From positions 30,243-94,242 of the forward strand of contig JBMFRC010000001.1 of assembly GCA_049968235.1 (NCBI GenBank): a stretch of 64,000 nt of DNA. Direction: 5' to 3'. A program made the translations under genes and the position numbers. The notes beneath the pieces were generated by a model. That model did no database searches and was not told the DNA's origin. It saw only the letters and a program-made list of their open reading frames with translations. The first letter of the stretch is position 1; each line of letters begins with the position of its first letter. Source of the stretch: Candidatus Hydrogenedens sp. (GTDB lineage Bacteria; Hydrogenedentota; Hydrogenedentia; Hydrogenedentales; Hydrogenedentaceae). This document shows positions 51,813 to 62,494 of this stretch, in pieces.

Positions 51813-52007
51813 ATGGCGATTTATGAATATCATGCCATACGGGCAGAAGGTGATTTTGAAAAATCGTTTATTGGCGGAGTTGTAATTGCTAAAAACCGTC
51901 AGGAAGCAAAGGTAAAGTTGCGTCAAAAGGGATTGAAAGCCACAATGCTTCGTAGAGCACGGGGAATTATGGCAGTATTAAAATGGTTTGACGCAGACAT
52001 TCGGTAA
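51813..52007 (+). CDS. 64-aa protein resembling only the N-terminal ~45 residues of GspF/PilC-type platform proteins
   Basis: MAIYEYHAIRAEGDFEKSFIGGVVIAKNRQEAKVKLRQKGLK vs my recollection of GspF N-termini (MAAFEYKALDAKGRHKKGVIEGDNARQVRQRLKEQSL). RBS GAAGGAG 8 nt upstream. Confidence 0.5.
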   Translation: MAIYEYHAIRAEGDFEKSFIGGVVIAKNRQEAKVKLRQKGLKATMLRRARGIMAVLKWFDADIR

Positions 52008-52140
52008 TATTTACAAATACTGCTCTTTTTTATTTTCATTTATATAAGTATAGGGAAGCGTATTCTACTTCTATTGAAAAGACAAAGCAGGGAGTAATAA
52101 TACATTTGTTTATTCAGATTAATATTTTCTTTGTATTTTA

Positions 52141-55100
52141 TTAATTGGGGTAAGTATCGGGGACGACAACAACGCGAGTACTGAAGACATAATCTATGTC
52201 TTTAAGTTCTGGCACATAAGGTTCCGGACCCGGGAAACGAATTTGAATAAAGAATGCTGTCCAGCCCTGTTGTGGCACTTCAACAGTGCCGACATACGGG
52301 ATAACTTCATTTTCTCCAAACTCACAAACACATGGGGGTTCGCCTTCTTCCTCTCCTTCTGCGGTAATATAGGATTTGGCAGTATCTATAATGTTGGTTT
52401 CTAGTATTTGAATTGTAGTTTCCTGTTGTTTTGCGAGTATGGAATTATCCTTACCTATGGACAAATTAATCGGAGTATCAATTAGAGATGTAAGTGAAAT
52501 GGAATTAGAGTAATTATCTTTCGATGGGAATGAAATTGTTTGATTCGGTGGAGTATATCGGTATATCCAATTTTTATCTTCCAATATAGTGGAGCTTGCA
52601 ATACTTATAGTTTTTATTTTTGTACCGTCGAGATCTATTGCATAGAACGCATCTTTATTGGCATATAACACATCAAAATCGGAAGTATTTAATTCGATAC
52701 CTGTTATTGGAATGGATGTGTTTAACCAATCCAGAGTGAACTGAATTTTACGGATATTGTTTATTAATGGTTCCGATGTATTGTTAACAATAGCAATGGC
52801 ATCTCCTGTTTCTTTTATAACTATATTCATCGTAAACAAGCCTATGGGATCTATGGTTATAAATGCCTTTTGATTATTCGGTTTCCATAGAGTTAGTAGT
52901 AATGTGGGGTTGTCCTGGGTGTTATTGATTGAAACAATGGATGTTTGATATATCCTATTGTCAATAGGCTGAGACTTCCACCATGCAATATGAGCCTTTA
53001 ATAATTGCTCATACGGGATAGCCGAACCATCTGCAATACCCTGCGTAATTTCATTCCACATTGGAGGCATATCTTTTTTCAACTGTATAGCCAATTCTTC
53101 TTCTCCGGATTGATGAACAGAAAAGTTTTCACTGTGAATAAATTGATTTATCTCATCTTTCAAAAGAGAACCATATTGGTATCCCATTTGATAGGGGGTA
53201 CCTTCTAAACAAAGCACCTTCTGGTTATCACTATTCCGGATGTTTCCGAGAATAGACTTTGCGGTATCCATGATGTCTGAATTTGCATAATAGGATTTTT
53301 CATTGGTTGTAGATGTATCAATAATTTTTTCTGGATCAAAGCCGGGGTCACCTCCGCATTCTTCGCAGAATGGTTTTAACTTACTGCTTGACCATTCAAG
53401 ACCTATTGTACTCAAACGGAAATCTCTTCCATTTTTATTTGTTGCCTGCCATAACAAAACCTCTTTAGGTTTGGTAATTGCATCCAGGCGAATGCGGAAG
53501 GCTCTTTTATTAATATTTATTTCTGCAGTATCCTGCTCTACCCACCAGACAAATTTGGGTCTTTCCCGATTATTAATTACGGAAAGGTAAAAGGCTAATA
53601 AGGCTCTATACGAATTTTCATCGAGGTCAAGAGCATTAGAAGATGTCAGCCCATGGTCTGTATTGGGAGCATAATATAAGTATGCATTATCGGGATATAC
53701 CACACCATTAGTAAGCGTAATGTTAGGTTTTAACATATTAAAATAGAATTTTGCAGAATCGGGAAGGAAAAATTGGTCACCCGTTGAATTTAATATAAAT
53801 TTAGGCATAGTTAAGGAGTCAACATAGTTAATAGGGTCAACGATTTTCCATAATGAATTGCCTTCTGGTGTTCCGAGACGGTCAAAGATTCCAAAAGAGA
53901 CATAATCAATCAAGGCAGGGGAAAACTTTTCACCGTATGAATAATAATGATGCTCAATTTGATACGGCATATTTAAGACATCTATTACAATAGGCATTGC
54001 AGAATAAACGCGTGGGTCAACCGCAGAAGTTAACCATGTAGTCCAACCGCGTTTGGACGCACCTGTTACTACGAATTTATTGATTTCATATCGGCGTCCG
54101 GGCTTTTCTTCCTTTACAAATTTCTGGACTGTATCCATAGCACGCACGGCGGAACGAACCATAGGTAAAAGTACAGGCCAGGTAATATCTGCTTCTCTTG
54201 CTTTATACCCATCCATATACTTATCGTAACTATATGCAATAATACCATCTTCAACCCTCTTTTTGGTGTCATCAATAAACTGTAAGGGTTGATTGGGTAC
54301 TGCTTTCAAGATAACCGCTATTGTTCCGGTAGCAGAGACAAAAGGTAGAACTAATTCTGCCTGGTCTGTAATATCGGGTTCACTGCCTGTAGAACCACCT
54401 GTAATTAGTAATATAGCTTTGTCATGTAATACGATGGAGGGTTCTATAATGGTAAGATAATGTTTCCAGGGTTGAGCATTATATAATTCTTGAGACCCTC
54501 TCCACATTCCGGAAGTCATTTCAAGCATGTATGAAGAGATACCGAAAGCAGGAAAAGAAGCAGTTCGTAATAATTCGTAATCATAATACGGGTCACAAAT
54601 TTGAACGAATTTTTTCAGTATTTGATTTTCAGGGACCGAACTGGGGGCTTTTGTTTGTATTGCGACATTGATAGGACTTACTGTATTTAAACTAACATTA
54701 CTTACTAATAGATAGACATAATCGAAACATTCGTCCTCAGTAGGAATGAATCTTTGTATGTTTATTGTATCAAGGACACCATCTCCATTCGTATCCACTC
54801 CATCCTGGTCTAAAGTAAAGACCTTTTTTCTTAATGGATGATAGACTGCAAATTTTAAGCTATAGCCATTATCATCTGCACTCCATTCAGTTGGATTAAA
54901 GACTACTTGTGCGGTATCAGCAAGGGGATTTATATTCACTTTTACTGCACGGGATGAAAAGGGCAACACGGAAGATAGTTCGGGAATGGTTGACGGGTTA
55001 ATGGTTACTTTATCTGTGGGGGCAGGGCTTTCTCGAGCAGGAACACCGACGAAGACAAAACGTTCTTCATTAAATACAAAGGGTTTGTCTTTACTATCTG

Positions 55101-57042
55101 AATCTCGCAAAACTGTTTCTTCAAATTTTTCTGCAGATTTACCACGCACATAATACCAGTATAAATCGGATAATCTCTCTTTTTCATCTGTTGCCGCATG
55201 AATAACAGCATCTAAAGTGGCATAAGTAAGTGTAGTTGCTAATTCATAATTTACTATCTGCTGAGGTTTGATATTTTCCTTGAACACTTTCTCTAATTCT
55301 TGAAGAAAACCACCATACGGGTCTCCGGAAGCACCAATTAAAGCGATAATGGGGACATCTGTAAGTTTTCGTTCAAGATATACCCAGAATTCATGTCCCG
55401 CTTTATAATAATTTTTAGTTTTCATTGAAACAGGCTGGAAAAGAGCCTGTGATAAATCAAGATATTCATTTTTCTCAAAAGAACGAGCCCAGGTCCGGGC
55501 AGTATCTGCTTTTGTTGATTTTGCTTCGATTTCTTCAACAACACGGTCTGCTCGTTGACCTAAATAAATAGCAATAGATTCGCGAATCCCCTTAAAATAA
55601 GAGACCATTTGTGGTTTTCCATATATATCAATATTCGACGGGTCAGGAATTGTAAGGTTAGGAAATTGGTAGTTGTCAAAACAAGAATAGAAAAGATATT
55701 GGGCAAAAATATTATAAGGGGTCAATTTCTGTTTTATATCCATGTTGGTTGTTTCGTTCAAAGCAGTTAAAGCATTATGGATAGATACCATTAAAAGTTG
55801 CTTCGGGTCTATAACAATATTTCCAAATTTGCGGTTTGCAATTGCAAGTTGATCAAAATTCTCATATTCTGAGGTATAGCGAGAGTTCATATTAAAGAAT
55901 ATAACACCGTAGGCTCCCTCATGGTCTACTAAAATGGGATTCCGCATTCCCGATGCAATATATTCGATATAAACTCCTGCTATTTTACTGGCGAGTTTTT
56001 TCAGGCTGTCAGATATTACCGACTCCGAAAAGTTTTCATTATAGAAGGAGTTGGGATTGTCCATATTTCCTTTTTCTAATGCAACCAGTTGTTTTATAAC
56101 AGGCATTGAACCAAAAATACGCCATTTTAGATTCCACGGATAGATCAACTTCGCATCTTCGGGAACTGTTACAGGCACATCGATAATAGAAGCAGTCGGG
56201 AAAAATCCTACGACATAGGTCGCCTGATAAGGTAAACCTGTAATTTTTGCAAAGGCATAATTCTCTCGTTTCTCCCCTAAAAGAGGGACTATTGAGCCGT
56301 CATCTAAAAGAGCCAGAATCAGGTATCTATTTGCGGGACGGTCTTGTTTGCTTTCTTCACCGGGGAACAAAGGTATTTCTAATGTAGTGGAAACTATTTT
56401 ATTATCCTTACTTTTTGCAAAAAGATTTTCTGTCTTCGCATTATGGGCAATACGATAGAAGGAGGACACCAATTCCATTGGTTCTGTAAAAGTAAATTGT
56501 CGGGTTTCTTTTGTCTCATAGATACTAAATGTAGTTTTCCCGAGGAGAGCACCTTGAGGAACTATAATATTTACTCCATAACCAGAAGCAACACCATTAT
56601 ATATGGGGCTTTGTGGGTCAATTACAGAGAAGGTTGTACCCGGATTTACCCGGATGTAATTCACTTCTTTCCGTTCCGTAAGACCTCTACCTGTAGATAT
56701 GATTAACTTTACGGTATATAGACTGGGATTATTACCGTCTTTTGGATTGTGATAATAAGTTTTTTTCGGATTGGGTAAATTACTGGTCTCTCCATCTCCG
56801 AAATCCCAATACCATGATACAATGGGTGAGTCTTCTGATATGGAAAGGTCGCTAAATTGGACTATTAAAGGTTCATTACCTTCTTTAGGTGATGCAGAGA
56901 ATTGTGCAATTGGTTCTTTGTTTGCAGGAGGTTTTTTACAGCTTACCCCTCCTATAACAAGTGCCAAAAGTAAAAATACTACCACGGGATATAAGACATT
57001 TTTTCTTTCCATAAACTTAAATCCTATCTTCTTTAATTGCAC
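52141..57042 (-). CDS. Giant (1633 aa) secreted protein: PKD domain + large central region with PhoPQ-activated-pathogenicity (PqaA)-like hydrolase-type segment
   Basis: Signal peptide. WYWDFGDGETS PKD signature. TGASKRGWTTWLTSAVDPRV recalled as a PqaA-family motif. Acidic Cys-containing C-terminus. Confidence 0.55.
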   Translation of the reverse strand: MQLKKIGFKFMERKNVLYPVVVFLLLALVIGGVSCKKPPANKEPIAQFSASPKEGNEPLIVQFSDLSISEDSPIVSWYWDFGDGETSNLPNPKKTYYHNPKDGNNPSLYTVKLIISTGRGLTERKEVNYIRVNPGTTFSVIDPQSPIYNGVASGYGVNIIVPQGALLGKTTFSIYETKETRQFTFTEPMELVSSFYRIAHNAKTENLFAKSKDNKIVSTTLEIPLFPGEESKQDRPANRYLILALLDDGSIVPLLGEKRENYAFAKITGLPYQATYVVGFFPTASIIDVPVTVPEDAKLIYPWNLKWRIFGSMPVIKQLVALEKGNMDNPNSFYNENFSESVISDSLKKLASKIAGVYIEYIASGMRNPILVDHEGAYGVIFFNMNSRYTSEYENFDQLAIANRKFGNIVIDPKQLLMVSIHNALTALNETTNMDIKQKLTPYNIFAQYLFYSCFDNYQFPNLTIPDPSNIDIYGKPQMVSYFKGIRESIAIYLGQRADRVVEEIEAKSTKADTARTWARSFEKNEYLDLSQALFQPVSMKTKNYYKAGHEFWVYLERKLTDVPIIALIGASGDPYGGFLQELEKVFKENIKPQQIVNYELATTLTYATLDAVIHAATDEKERLSDLYWYYVRGKSAEKFEETVLRDSDSKDKPFVFNEERFVFVGVPARESPAPTDKVTINPSTIPELSSVLPFSSRAVKVNINPLADTAQVVFNPTEWSADDNGYSLKFAVYHPLRKKVFTLDQDGVDTNGDGVLDTINIQRFIPTEDECFDYVYLLVSNVSLNTVSPINVAIQTKAPSSVPENQILKKFVQICDPYYDYELLRTASFPAFGISSYMLEMTSGMWRGSQELYNAQPWKHYLTIIEPSIVLHDKAILLITGGSTGSEPDITDQAELVLPFVSATGTIAVILKAVPNQPLQFIDDTKKRVEDGIIAYSYDKYMDGYKAREADITWPVLLPMVRSAVRAMDTVQKFVKEEKPGRRYEINKFVVTGASKRGWTTWLTSAVDPRVYSAMPIVIDVLNMPYQIEHHYYSYGEKFSPALIDYVSFGIFDRLGTPEGNSLWKIVDPINYVDSLTMPKFILNSTGDQFFLPDSAKFYFNMLKPNITLTNGVVYPDNAYLYYAPNTDHGLTSSNALDLDENSYRALLAFYLSVINNRERPKFVWWVEQDTAEININKRAFRIRLDAITKPKEVLLWQATNKNGRDFRLSTIGLEWSSSKLKPFCEECGGDPGFDPEKIIDTSTTNEKSYYANSDIMDTAKSILGNIRNSDNQKVLCLEGTPYQMGYQYGSLLKDEINQFIHSENFSVHQSGEEELAIQLKKDMPPMWNEITQGIADGSAIPYEQLLKAHIAWWKSQPIDNRIYQTSIVSINNTQDNPTLLLTLWKPNNQKAFITIDPIGLFTMNIVIKETGDAIAIVNNTSEPLINNIRKIQFTLDWLNTSIPITGIELNTSDFDVLYANKDAFYAIDLDGTKIKTISIASSTILEDKNWIYRYTPPNQTISFPSKDNYSNSISLTSLIDTPINLSIGKDNSILAKQQETTIQILETNIIDTAKSYITAEGEEEGEPPCVCEFGENEVIPYVGTVEVPQQGWTAFFIQIRFPGPEPYVPELKDIDYVFSTRVVVVPDTYPN

Positions 57043-57362
57043 AAAACACAGTTATTGAATTGCGAATATGAAAAGTTCTATTAAAACTATTTTTTCTGTT
57101 TTTTGTCAAGTTTTTTTAACAATCATTTTATTTTTATAACATATTAAAATAGTATAATTTTTTTATGTCTTTTGTCAACATTTTTCCTATGAAAAATGCC
57201 CTGTTTCATTTTATTTTTTTTGTTTCTTGATATTTCGGAAATAAACTATCTAATGTAAAATTATAATTTAAAATTGTTATAATTCTATATTCATCGTTTC
57301 TTTTCTCATATTATACTATAATCAGTCTTTGATAATTCTTTTTTCACTAAGGATAGGTAGTT

Positions 57363-58646
57363 ATGGTATTTAAAACTTTATTTGAAGAACTTCAATGGCG
57401 GGGAATGATACACCAGATAACGCACCCGGAACTTGCAGAAAAACTACATCAAGAAAAGTTTACTCTATATTGTGGTTTTGACCCTACATCAGACAGTTTA
57501 CATATCGGTAGTTTATTACCTATTATGGGTTTAGTTCATTTTCAACGATGGGGACATAAGCCTATTGTTCTCATAGGAGGAGGGACCGGGCTAATAGGTG
57601 ACCCCAGCGGAAAAAAGGATGAACGACAATTACAAAGTAAAGAAGATATAGAGAGAAATGCACAGGGTATAAAAAAACAACTTTCCCAATTTATCTCTTT
57701 TGTGGGAAATAATCCCGCTATTATGGTTAATAATGCGGACTGGCTTTGTGAATTACATTTGTTGGATTTTTTGAGGGATATTGGCAAACATTTTAGTGTA
57801 AATGTAATGTTAACAAAAGATGCTATACGGCAACGATTGGAAGACCGCGAACATGGCATTTCTTACACGGAGTTTACATACTGTCTTTTACAATCTTATG
57901 ACTACCTGTATTTGTGTAAAAATTTTGATTGTTGCCTCCAGATAGGTGGCTCTGACCAATGGGGTAATATTGTTTCGGGTATGGAATTAACGCGTCGATT
58001 GTTAAGTAAAGAAACTTATGGGCTAACTCTTCCTCTGGTTACAAAAGCGGATGGTACAAAATTCGGGAAAACGGAATCCGGCAATATCTGGCTTGATGCG
58101 AATAAAACAACTCCCTATCGCTTTTATCAATTCTGGATTAATCAGGCAGATGCAGATACTCCGAAATACCTGCGATATTTCACCTTGCTATCTGCGGAAG
58201 AAATAGAAGTATTGGAAGAACAAATTCAAACGGAACCTCACAAAAGGGCAGGACAAAAAGCATTAGCGAGGGAAATCACAAGAATGGTGCATGGTGAAAC
58301 TGCACTCCAGAGTGCTATTCGTGCAAGTGAAGCCATGTTTGGAGGAGATTTGCATCAACTGGAACTTTCTGTGCTGGAAGATGTTTTTAGTGATGTTCCT
58401 CATGCAAAGGCTCCGATAAATTACATTACAGAAAATCACTTTTTATTAGATTTACTGATAAATACAGGTATATTGGAGAGTAAAGGGGAAGGAAGACGAC
58501 TTATAAAAAATGGAGGTTTATATATAAATAATGAACGAGTAACAGAAGATACATTACGATTAAATGAAAATTATCTTCTCGGTGGTTCATTATTGGTTAT
58601 CCGCCTTGGGAAAAAAGATTATAGATTAATTCAATTTTTGAAATAG
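57363..58646 (+). CDS. tyrS: Tyrosyl-tRNA synthetase
   Basis: HIGS (HIGH) and KFGKT (KMSKS) motifs. C-terminal S4 domain. Confidence 0.9.
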   Translation: MVFKTLFEELQWRGMIHQITHPELAEKLHQEKFTLYCGFDPTSDSLHIGSLLPIMGLVHFQRWGHKPIVLIGGGTGLIGDPSGKKDERQLQSKEDIERNAQGIKKQLSQFISFVGNNPAIMVNNADWLCELHLLDFLRDIGKHFSVNVMLTKDAIRQRLEDREHGISYTEFTYCLLQSYDYLYLCKNFDCCLQIGGSDQWGNIVSGMELTRRLLSKETYGLTLPLVTKADGTKFGKTESGNIWLDANKTTPYRFYQFWINQADADTPKYLRYFTLLSAEEIEVLEEQIQTEPHKRAGQKALAREITRMVHGETALQSAIRASEAMFGGDLHQLELSVLEDVFSDVPHAKAPINYITENHFLLDLLINTGILESKGEGRRLIKNGGLYINNERVTEDTLRLNENYLLGGSLLVIRLGKKDYRLIQFLK

Positions 58647-58655
58647 ACAAATCAT

Positions 58656-59447
58656 ATGTCAGCAAATCAAACAGAGGCTTTTGTTGTCCATTTATATGAT
58701 TATAGTGAAACAAGCCGAATCATCCAGTTTTTAACAGCACACAGGGGGAAAATGTCATGTATCGCCAAAGGGGTACATCGAAAAAATAATCCATGGAGTT
58801 TTTGCCTGGACCGATTAAATCGAGTTGAAATTTTTTACACATGGAAATCTACACGCGAGGTGCAAACTTTAACCGAAGTTAATTTAATCGATAGTTATCC
58901 TGAATTAAAGAAAGATATAAAAAAGCAGGTGCTTGCAAGTCTTGTATTGGAAACTGCTTTTTCTATGACGGAAACAGAACAGAGAATCCATAGGACATAT
59001 ACACAGGTCTGTAAAGCATTTGAACAAATTAGCAGTCTAAATACAAATAGTGAACATGCTGTCTTTCTTGCTTGCTGGCATTTATGGCAGATATTAGTTC
59101 ACAATGGGATAGAACCTCAATTGCGTATCTGTGTTCGCTGTGGGAAACCATTAAAAGAAGTGCGACATTTCTCATTGCAGGGAGGTGTTGTATGTAACAA
59201 TTGCAAATCAGATAGAACATTAAATGATGAAGAAATTCGTGGGTTGCAATTATTACAATATCTCGAAGACCCTTTGAATATCCCTTATGAGAATAAATCT
59301 TTTCTGTCTCTTTTTGATAAGAAAATTTTACCTTTTATATGCTCTTTCATAACATTTCATCTTGGACATCCGTTAAAGTCGTATAATGTGTTCAAAGAAC
59401 TATATCCTATAAATTTACAAGGAGTTAATCATGAAACACAAAACTAA
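58656..59447 (+). CDS. recO: DNA repair protein RecO
   Basis: OB-fold N-terminus and a C-terminal CxxC...CxxC zinc motif. Confidence 0.85.
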   Translation: MSANQTEAFVVHLYDYSETSRIIQFLTAHRGKMSCIAKGVHRKNNPWSFCLDRLNRVEIFYTWKSTREVQTLTEVNLIDSYPELKKDIKKQVLASLVLETAFSMTETEQRIHRTYTQVCKAFEQISSLNTNSEHAVFLACWHLWQILVHNGIEPQLRICVRCGKPLKEVRHFSLQGGVVCNNCKSDRTLNDEEIRGLQLLQYLEDPLNIPYENKSFLSLFDKKILPFICSFITFHLGHPLKSYNVFKELYPINLQGVNHETQN

Positions 59448-60732
59448 CATTCTATTCTTTCTTTTATCTTTTTTGATTTTATTGCTGAATACTTCCTGTT
59501 ACTCCATCATATTTGGTAGTAGAGACTTTAATATGAAGAGAGGTGTTTTATATCGTGGAAAAGATGAAACTTATATCCTCCAGTGTTTTTATGCGCCCGA
59601 GACCGCCAGACAGGGTGCTGAATTAAAAACAATGTTGCCTCTATTAGCCAGTATAGGAGAGGTTGGTGGAAATGGTATTGCTATGGACCTACTTCGAGAT
59701 GCGAATTCCGTCTCGGTTGATATGAAGGACATAGAAACAATTAAAACTTATGCAGACCGTGCTAAAGACCAGTATATGACTGTTGTTTTGAGAATTGCAC
59801 CTAATTCACAGCCTAATAAAAACAATCCTTTATTAAATATCCTCAGACAGAATTTCAAAGGGTTATTAACTATTATTTATTGGACTGATGGACCTTATGC
59901 CAATGAATGGACAAAAGCAATGAAGAAGATTAATAGATATTGGGTCTTTGTTTCTAAAGAGAATGCAGATTTAATCCTTACAGAAGATGTATCACGAACA
60001 AAATTACCTAAAGAAAAAGTTATATTTACTGTTGCTCCCGGAGAACAAATTGGCAAAGTTCATTTCTTATTACCCTATACCAGGGAGAATCTTAATCATA
60101 TAGAAGAAACTTATGCTAAATACACACCCTGCACAAAATTGGATACAAATTCTGCACTATCCTTATTAAGTGAACAGGAACGACAGGAAGGATTTATCCC
60201 ATTATTTGACGGGAAAACAATAAATGGATGGTGGTATTTAGGGGATAATCATAATTGTTTTGCAGTTAATCCAAATGGATTTATTGAATGGAAAAGTAAG
60301 GGGGGCAAAGCATTAATGTCTTGTGAACGATATGATAATTTCATCTTACGGTTGGAATGGATGATAGAGAAAGGAGGCAATACGGGGGTATGGGTTAGGG
60401 CTCCGCGTGGAAGTAGAGCATCTAAAATTGGATTTGAAGTACAAATATTGGGTGATAGTGATACAACCGCATTAACCGATGATACAACCGGCGCTATTTA
60501 TAAGGTGGTCCCACCGAAAGTAAAAGCCATGAAACCGGAGGGGCAGTGGAATGACATCGAAATTATTTGTAATGGACCTTATGTGAAAGTAACTTTGAAC
60601 GGGCAGGTAGTTCAGGACATTAATTTTGATGATGTTGAAGAATTAAAATATCGTTTACGAAAGGGATTTATTGGGTTGACCGACCACGGAAATTATTGTG
60701 GATTCCGGAACATTAGAATTAAACCTCTATGA
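59431..60732 (+). CDS. Secreted protein with C-terminal DUF1080 (3-keto-disaccharide hydrolase / LamG-like) domain
   Basis: FIPLFDGKTINGWW...GFRNIRIKPL matches the DUF1080 pattern. Confidence 0.7.
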   Translation: MKHKTNILFFLLSFLILLLNTSCYSIIFGSRDFNMKRGVLYRGKDETYILQCFYAPETARQGAELKTMLPLLASIGEVGGNGIAMDLLRDANSVSVDMKDIETIKTYADRAKDQYMTVVLRIAPNSQPNKNNPLLNILRQNFKGLLTIIYWTDGPYANEWTKAMKKINRYWVFVSKENADLILTEDVSRTKLPKEKVIFTVAPGEQIGKVHFLLPYTRENLNHIEETYAKYTPCTKLDTNSALSLLSEQERQEGFIPLFDGKTINGWWYLGDNHNCFAVNPNGFIEWKSKGGKALMSCERYDNFILRLEWMIEKGGNTGVWVRAPRGSRASKIGFEVQILGDSDTTALTDDTTGAIYKVVPPKVKAMKPEGQWNDIEIICNGPYVKVTLNGQVVQDINFDDVEELKYRLRKGFIGLTDHGNYCGFRNIRIKPL

Positions 60733-60745
60733 TAGGTAAGTTGTA

Positions 60746-62212
60746 GTGAAAAGTTTTTTTCTTTTTTCAAATCAGATATTTTACCGTTTCATCTTACTTA
60801 TTTTTGTTTTTACTCATATCGCTTGTGCGGTAGAACCGATAATTACCAGTGAAACACAACTGGAGCATGGTGTTGAAGTAGTGTCCGTTAAAGGGGATTG
60901 GAACTACCAGATTATTACTGCTCGTGTTCCGTATATAGGGATTGAAGGTGATAATAAAACGGGTCTGGCAAGACTTGTCATTCCAGTTCGCAAATTAAAG
61001 GAAAAGAACAAATTACCCGCATTTTGTCATGTTCATTACGAGAAAGATATAGCAGGGGCAAAAAAATGGGCACAAAATGGCTGGATTGTTTCAACCGCAG
61101 TTTACACCCCTGCAGAGGGAGAATCCCCCATAGACTCCGCTCTGGGTAATGGCTATAATTTAGCACGGGCTATTATTCAATGGATAAAACGGCTACCCAT
61201 CGTTGACAAATGCCATATTTTAATTGATGGGGGTAGTCAGGGTGGATATATGGCTCTGGCAATGAGTGCAGACCTATTCCCTGTCATTGCCACACATGCA
61301 GATGTTCCTGTCGTAAATTGGGCATATAATTTTGCTTATTTTGAAGCGAATAGAGAAATTGCAGGATTTGGGAAACCTGCGGACCAATCTCCGATACCTG
61401 TTCTTGCAAGTGTGATTGGTCTAGCAGATATGTGTTATAAATACTTCCCTAAAGATTTAAACAATGAATGCTGGTATAATCTAAGCCCTATTTCTTATTT
61501 AAATTTAATAACAAATCCGGTAATGATAACCTGTGCTACCGGAGATATGCTCGTCCCTATAGAGCAGATGACTCAAAAATATGTAAGGGAATATGATAGC
61601 CAGCAGTTTCCGGAAGGATTTACAAGGGATTTTAAAAATCTCCCCTTTTGTCCATTAGCTAAAAAGGTGTTTGAGGAACTTATTCCCGAAGATAATTATG
61701 AAATATTTTTGCTTCAACCCCAAAAGAATAGTTTTGAAATTACTCGCGAGATGTTAACGAATAACAAATTAAAACCGAAAGTTCGTCCTGAAGCCACAGA
61801 CAAGCCATGGAGTAGAACCCGTCAATGGTCTCTTGTATATCTCGATGAAGGGGGACCTTCTCCTGTAGCAGGACATACCAAACTTGAATGGGCTTTAACA
61901 CCCGATAGTTTTACAGAATATTACAAATCTGCATCTTTACCTGTATCTGTATTAACTGTCGATAAACTGGAACATTTACTACGAAGATATAATGGAGAAA
62001 TGGATAGACAAATTTTATTGAATAATGGCAACTCTGCACAGAGACTCAATTATTCCCATCTGGAACAATTCGATGTTTTAATTTCACTTTCGGAATATGC
62101 TCAAATCAGTGAAGAACATAAGAAATATTTACAGGAAACTTACGAAAAATCAACTATTAAGCCGTTTGGGTCTTCCATCAACGAATATCTTTTGAAAAAA
62201 GCCGTTTTGTAA
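60746..62212 (+). CDS. Secreted alpha/beta-hydrolase-fold protein (esterase/peptidase-like)
   Basis: Signal peptide and GGSQGG nucleophile elbow (GxSxG). Confidence 0.55.
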   Translation: MKSFFLFSNQIFYRFILLIFVFTHIACAVEPIITSETQLEHGVEVVSVKGDWNYQIITARVPYIGIEGDNKTGLARLVIPVRKLKEKNKLPAFCHVHYEKDIAGAKKWAQNGWIVSTAVYTPAEGESPIDSALGNGYNLARAIIQWIKRLPIVDKCHILIDGGSQGGYMALAMSADLFPVIATHADVPVVNWAYNFAYFEANREIAGFGKPADQSPIPVLASVIGLADMCYKYFPKDLNNECWYNLSPISYLNLITNPVMITCATGDMLVPIEQMTQKYVREYDSQQFPEGFTRDFKNLPFCPLAKKVFEELIPEDNYEIFLLQPQKNSFEITREMLTNNKLKPKVRPEATDKPWSRTRQWSLVYLDEGGPSPVAGHTKLEWALTPDSFTEYYKSASLPVSVLTVDKLEHLLRRYNGEMDRQILLNNGNSAQRLNYSHLEQFDVLISLSEYAQISEEHKKYLQETYEKSTIKPFGSSINEYLLKKAVL

Positions 62213-62297
62213 TTTGTTCTAATAAAAGATTTTTCGATATTATTTTTATCCGTAGAATTTATCAAGTTTAAATACCAAGAAACCGGTGGAGGAGTAA

Positions 62298-62477
62298 ATG
62301 ATGCAAACTTTGTTGATTATTGAATCAAATGGACGAGGGAAAAGTGAATTAGACCGTTTATTAGAAGAAGGTTGGACGGTAATATCTATTACGCCCAATC
62401 ATGGGAAAAGTTATAATGACTTTTTGATTATTTTAGAGAAAGAAGAAACTTCTGAATCAGATAAGAAAGCGGAATAA
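62298..62477 (+). CDS. 59-aa hypothetical protein (DUF4177-like?)
   Basis: Strong RBS GGAGGAG. Below the ORF-track length cutoff. GRGKSELDRLLEEGWTVISITPNHG resembles small GW-containing proteins of unknown function. Confidence 0.45.
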   Translation: MMQTLLIIESNGRGKSELDRLLEEGWTVISITPNHGKSYNDFLIILEKEETSESDKKAE

Positions 62478-62494
62478 ATTTTAATCGTCATCTC

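Noticed and set aside
57043-57362. T-box riboswitch upstream of tyrS
   Set aside because: No AGGGUGGNACCGCG T-box sequence or specifier-loop architecture. Just an AT-rich promoter region.
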